64,000 nt of DNA from Strigamia acuminata (lineage: Eukaryota), in NCBI GenBank assembly GCA_949358305.1, contig OX442314.1, positions 33,480,001-33,544,000 on the forward strand, read 5' to 3'. The notes below the pieces were generated by a model. It had not been told where the DNA came from and did not search any database. It worked only from the letters and a program-made list of their open reading frames with translations. Of the stretch, positions 61,401 to 64,000 are shown piece after piece (the first letter of the stretch is position 1; each line of letters starts with the position of its first letter). A program made the position numbers and the translations under genes.

Positions 61401-64000
61401 AAAGGGACATCTCTCCTTGAACGACTGCTTGTCGAAAGGTATCAATTTTTTGCCGTCATTAATATTTGTGCTGTTGGGATTTCGTCTCGGAAGAGTGGCC
61501 ATCGTGGGAGACATCAAAAAGGCTTTTCACATGATCGAAATCGCCTTGAAGGACCGCGACGCAACGAGATTCTTCTGGATTGATGAACACTGGGACGGCG
61601 TAGGAAAGGCACTGCTGAAAATACTACGACAAACTCGAGTATTATTTGGCGCTACTCCGAGTCCATTTCTGTTGAGCGCGACCATCCGACACCACCTGCG
61701 CAAATTCGAGAAACAGTACCCCAACACTGTGAAGTTACTATTGCGATGCCTGTACGTGGACGACTTCATCTCTTCGCTCAAGAACGACGCTGAAGCGCTG
61801 GTAACATTCCAACAAGCTAATCTAATTTTTGTAGCAGCCGGCATGGAACTCGCCAAGTGGCAGACCAATTCGCCAGAACTAAGAACAAAATTTCGCGAGG
61901 AAAATCCCACTGACTCTCAGCTGATGTCAGATGAAGAGACCAAAGTGTTGGGAGTCAAGTGGAACCCAAACTCGGACGAATTGGGTCTAGCGGTCGAAGA
62001 AACTTGCCCATCTTGCAAGAAAACAACAAAAAGAGAAGTAATAAAAATAACGTCTCAAATATTCGACCCTTTAGGATTTGCCACGCCATTCACGGTGACT
62101 GCACGAATGTTCTTCCAATCCCTGTGGCTCAAGAACCTGCCATGGGACGACGAATTGGGCAACGAATTGCTCACCGACTGGAAAAAATGGACCGACCAAA
62201 TTCCCACGTTGAGATACATTCAAATTCCACGATGGTTAGGATTGGACGAGTTCGACCAGCGTGAAGTGCACATATTTTGCGACGCGAGTCCGAAGGCATA
62301 CGGGGCAGTGGCCTATATACAGAACAGTACTGGTGATTTGATCAAAACAAATTTTATAATTTCAAAGTGTCGTGTAGCTCCTGTCAAACCACTAACTCTA
62401 CCAAAACTTGAACTCATGGGAGCATTGATTGCTGTGCGCCTCTCCGACCAAATTAAGGAGTTGGTGACACCAAGTGAAATGTTTTTTTGGACAGATTCGC
62501 AGATATGCCTCCACTGGATAGGAAACACGTCCAAACGACCACCAACATTCGTGCATAATCGAGTCTTGGAGATAAGAGAAAAATCAAGAATTGAAGAATG
62601 GAAACACGTGCCAGGAATTGAAAATCCAGCCGACCGCCTGACGAGGGGAATGGACGCGGAAGCAATGATATCCGACCGACTTTGGTGGCAGGGACCGGAC
62701 TGGCTGCGCGGAAGTCGCCAGAACTGGCCAAAAGCGCCATCGAATACAGTCGAGGAGCAAGACGATGAAGAAACTGCAGAAATTCACGTCGAGGCGGTAC
62801 AAACAACAACAACTAATATTTTTCCGTTTGACAGGTTTGGATCGCTGTCAAAGGCAATCCGAACGCTGGCATGGGTTTTTAGGTTCGCAGACAATGCTGG
62901 GAAGCAACAAGCAGATGCCAGTCAACGCGACCGAGGCCCATTGAAAGCAGCCGAGCTGAAACGCGCGAAATTCAATTTGATTAAAATTGCGCAAACGGAA
63001 GTTTATGGCCGAGAGATCGAGGGAATGAGGAATGGCAAATCGGTGCATGGAGAGTCAAAACTGCGAGACCTGAATCCACGACTAAACGAAATGGGACTGA
63101 TCGAGCTGCGAAACAGACTGCATGAATCGCGAGATTTGCCCACTGCCACTCAACCTTTAATTTTGCCACCTAAACACAAACTGACTGAACTAATTTTGCG
63201 ATTTTCACATTTGCAGGTCCTCCATTGCGGACTGACGTCCACGCTATCCAAATTTCGAGAAAACTACTGGACACCATCCGCAAGGAGGACCTTGAAGACG
63301 ATGTTGGAACGATGCGTCGTCTGCAAAAAAATCAACGGCCGTCTGATGCGAGAAGTGCCAGGCGCCCTCCCAGCCGACAGGACGTCAAAAACTCAACCGT
63401 TTGCAGTCACCGGAGTCGACTTCGCGGGACCAATAATAGTGAAGGGACGGAAAACTAAAGCGTACGTAGCTGTATTTACATGTGCAACAATTCGAGCCGT
63501 CCATTTGGAATTGGTGCCCTCGCTAGCAACAACAGACTTTTTGGGGGCGTTCGAGCGCTTTATTGGTCGCCGAGGGCTTCCGAAAACGATGTACAGCGAC
63601 AACGGAACTACATTCCACCGCGCCCACAAAGAGCTCGCCTCACTCTTAAACCACACGAAGGACGAGACGTTTCGAAATTACTTGGCCCAAAAGGGCATCG
63701 ATTGGAAGTTCATCGTCGAAAACGGACCGTGGTGGGGCGGATTCTGGGAGAGGATGGTGCAGACGGTCAAGAGGTGCTTAAGGAAAGCTATCGGTTCGGC
63801 ACACTTGAACTTTTACCAACTCGGAACTTTTCTTGTGCAAACCGAAGCAGTAATAAATCGCAGACCGATCACATATGTATACGACAATCCAAACGAAATT
63901 GAGCCACTTACGCCCGCACACTTTCTGACCGGTGTGATGTTGACTCACCTACCCGACTCGGGAGCATCAGACAGCCTCGAACCGACTCAGAAACAATTCA
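58467..64000 (+). mobile_element. BEL/Pao retrotransposon; 5' LTR 58467-58989; runs off the window
   Basis: TG...CA LTR; PBS TGGTGCCGAAACCCGGGA (tRNA-Phe) at 58991. Confidence 0.96.
59047..64000 (+). CDS. BEL/Pao gag-pol polyprotein, partial, apparently open to the window end (so absent from the ORF track)
   Basis: LEIPKFDG; KLLYLRNYL; Cys knuckles; IDGGAQRTFI; YMPH...KLRVVFDAS; YVDD; DASPKAYGA; GVDFAGP; SDNGTTF; PWWGGFWERMV. Confidence 0.93.
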   Translation, partial: MVRNFELKNKAFRAAMMVTETLLTTITTALNGRAAIPQATIELWLQQLEQKQKRVQQTFDATLDQAKNDQEINETVIALDALEDRLAASRADLNRYTQMNYPPNLPQNPRPNADAQPADIDALAAAITAAVTAATPRTTPTNGQPFIKRKPLEIPKFDGREPEEWGGFWKTFSIQVGDDEQLDGTNKLLYLRNYLVGEALDDIKALEITAGNYTVAIARLQKKYGDKIVLENKYLSNLINLPSVSSERDRMGLQKLHRHVEVNIENLANIDVPLAEIQRTIFPVLSSAVPRSIIMEYDKDCDGERSIARLMDWLSDHIAKHAKYDMLKTQSKPETSHNKTSDNNLPNKGQFSRKEKEPRSGSASQLSVLIMKCQFCDSTEHNRKRCPLTMEERRKRLQKKGICMRCLGKVPHKTEECRTRMKCYSCEGAHHTHVCDTPKATEAGEGITHTNAVVTTCPPKSEFLMVQMVKMTGPTHSALGVCYIDGGAQRTFIRSELTKKLNLRILGTETINLAVFGQEPRSEVRNRVELVLSPANSKSPAVTIEAIEADHVTSTPGEQPNKQLKAELQRRKIEVACKQVALHSKEVDLLIGVDHYWRVMTGQTEFLEENLIAVKTKFGWTLHGQTTNGTRVIAAPVRINKITLTPSTDDLLRRMWELEPIGVRHESVETNDDAETLEKFEKAIKWTGSNYSVELPWIVNSNELDDNYRGAEQRIMSLIRRFRKQPNLYLEYKKVIDEQLKTGIVEEIPNQTATGPIYYMPHSPVIKEERVTTKLRVVFDASSHRKGHLSLNDCLSKGINFLPSLIFVLLGFRLGRVAIVGDIKKAFHMIEIALKDRDATRFFWIDEHWDGVGKALLKILRQTRVLFGATPSPFLLSATIRHHLRKFEKQYPNTVKLLLRCLYVDDFISSLKNDAEALVTFQQANLIFVAAGMELAKWQTNSPELRTKFREENPTDSQLMSDEETKVLGVKWNPNSDELGLAVEETCPSCKKTTKREVIKITSQIFDPLGFATPFTVTARMFFQSLWLKNLPWDDELGNELLTDWKKWTDQIPTLRYIQIPRWLGLDEFDQREVHIFCDASPKAYGAVAYIQNSTGDLIKTNFIISKCRVAPVKPLTLPKLELMGALIAVRLSDQIKELVTPSEMFFWTDSQICLHWIGNTSKRPPTFVHNRVLEIREKSRIEEWKHVPGIENPADRLTRGMDAEAMISDRLWWQGPDWLRGSRQNWPKAPSNTVEEQDDEETAEIHVEAVQTTTTNIFPFDRFGSLSKAIRTLAWVFRFADNAGKQQADASQRDRGPLKAAELKRAKFNLIKIAQTEVYGREIEGMRNGKSVHGESKLRDLNPRLNEMGLIELRNRLHESRDLPTATQPLILPPKHKLTELILRFSHLQVLHCGLTSTLSKFRENYWTPSARRTLKTMLERCVVCKKINGRLMREVPGALPADRTSKTQPFAVTGVDFAGPIIVKGRKTKAYVAVFTCATIRAVHLELVPSLATTDFLGAFERFIGRRGLPKTMYSDNGTTFHRAHKELASLLNHTKDETFRNYLAQKGIDWKFIVENGPWWGGFWERMVQTVKRCLRKAIGSAHLNFYQLGTFLVQTEAVINRRPITYVYDNPNEIEPLTPAHFLTGVMLTHLPDSGASDSLEPTQKQF

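Overview
Eukaryotic (invertebrate, probably arthropod) genomic DNA: AT-rich, with short GT-AG introns and many transposons. Host genes: three tandem two-exon minimal TRAF genes (short coiled coil + MATH/TRAF-C only) sharing an upstream E-box module; two inverted intronless RBBP6/Mpe1-like copies; intronless RPB6; an intronless BTB-BACK-Kelch gene; an 8-exon cathepsin L; a divergent neprilysin (M13); a small family of type II membrane proteins with Sushi/CCP-like modules; and an intronless PABPN1-like gene broken by a BEL/Pao element. Relics include NIT2-like, kelch and IAP-type RING fragments. Mobile DNA: a Ty1/copia element split by a hAT MITE, a large Ty3/gypsy element with a -1 frameshift signal, a full-length Mag-like gypsy element with identical LTRs but a deleted RT, a BEL/Pao element open to the window end, four solo LTRs (three with exact TSDs), a Harbinger fragment and several MITEs. 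No prokaryotic-type system (CRISPR etc.) is present. The best candidates for new biology are the mini-TRAF cluster, the CCP-like membrane family, and the co-located intronless paralogs of mRNA 3'-end-processing genes. All calls were made by eye; no database search was run.
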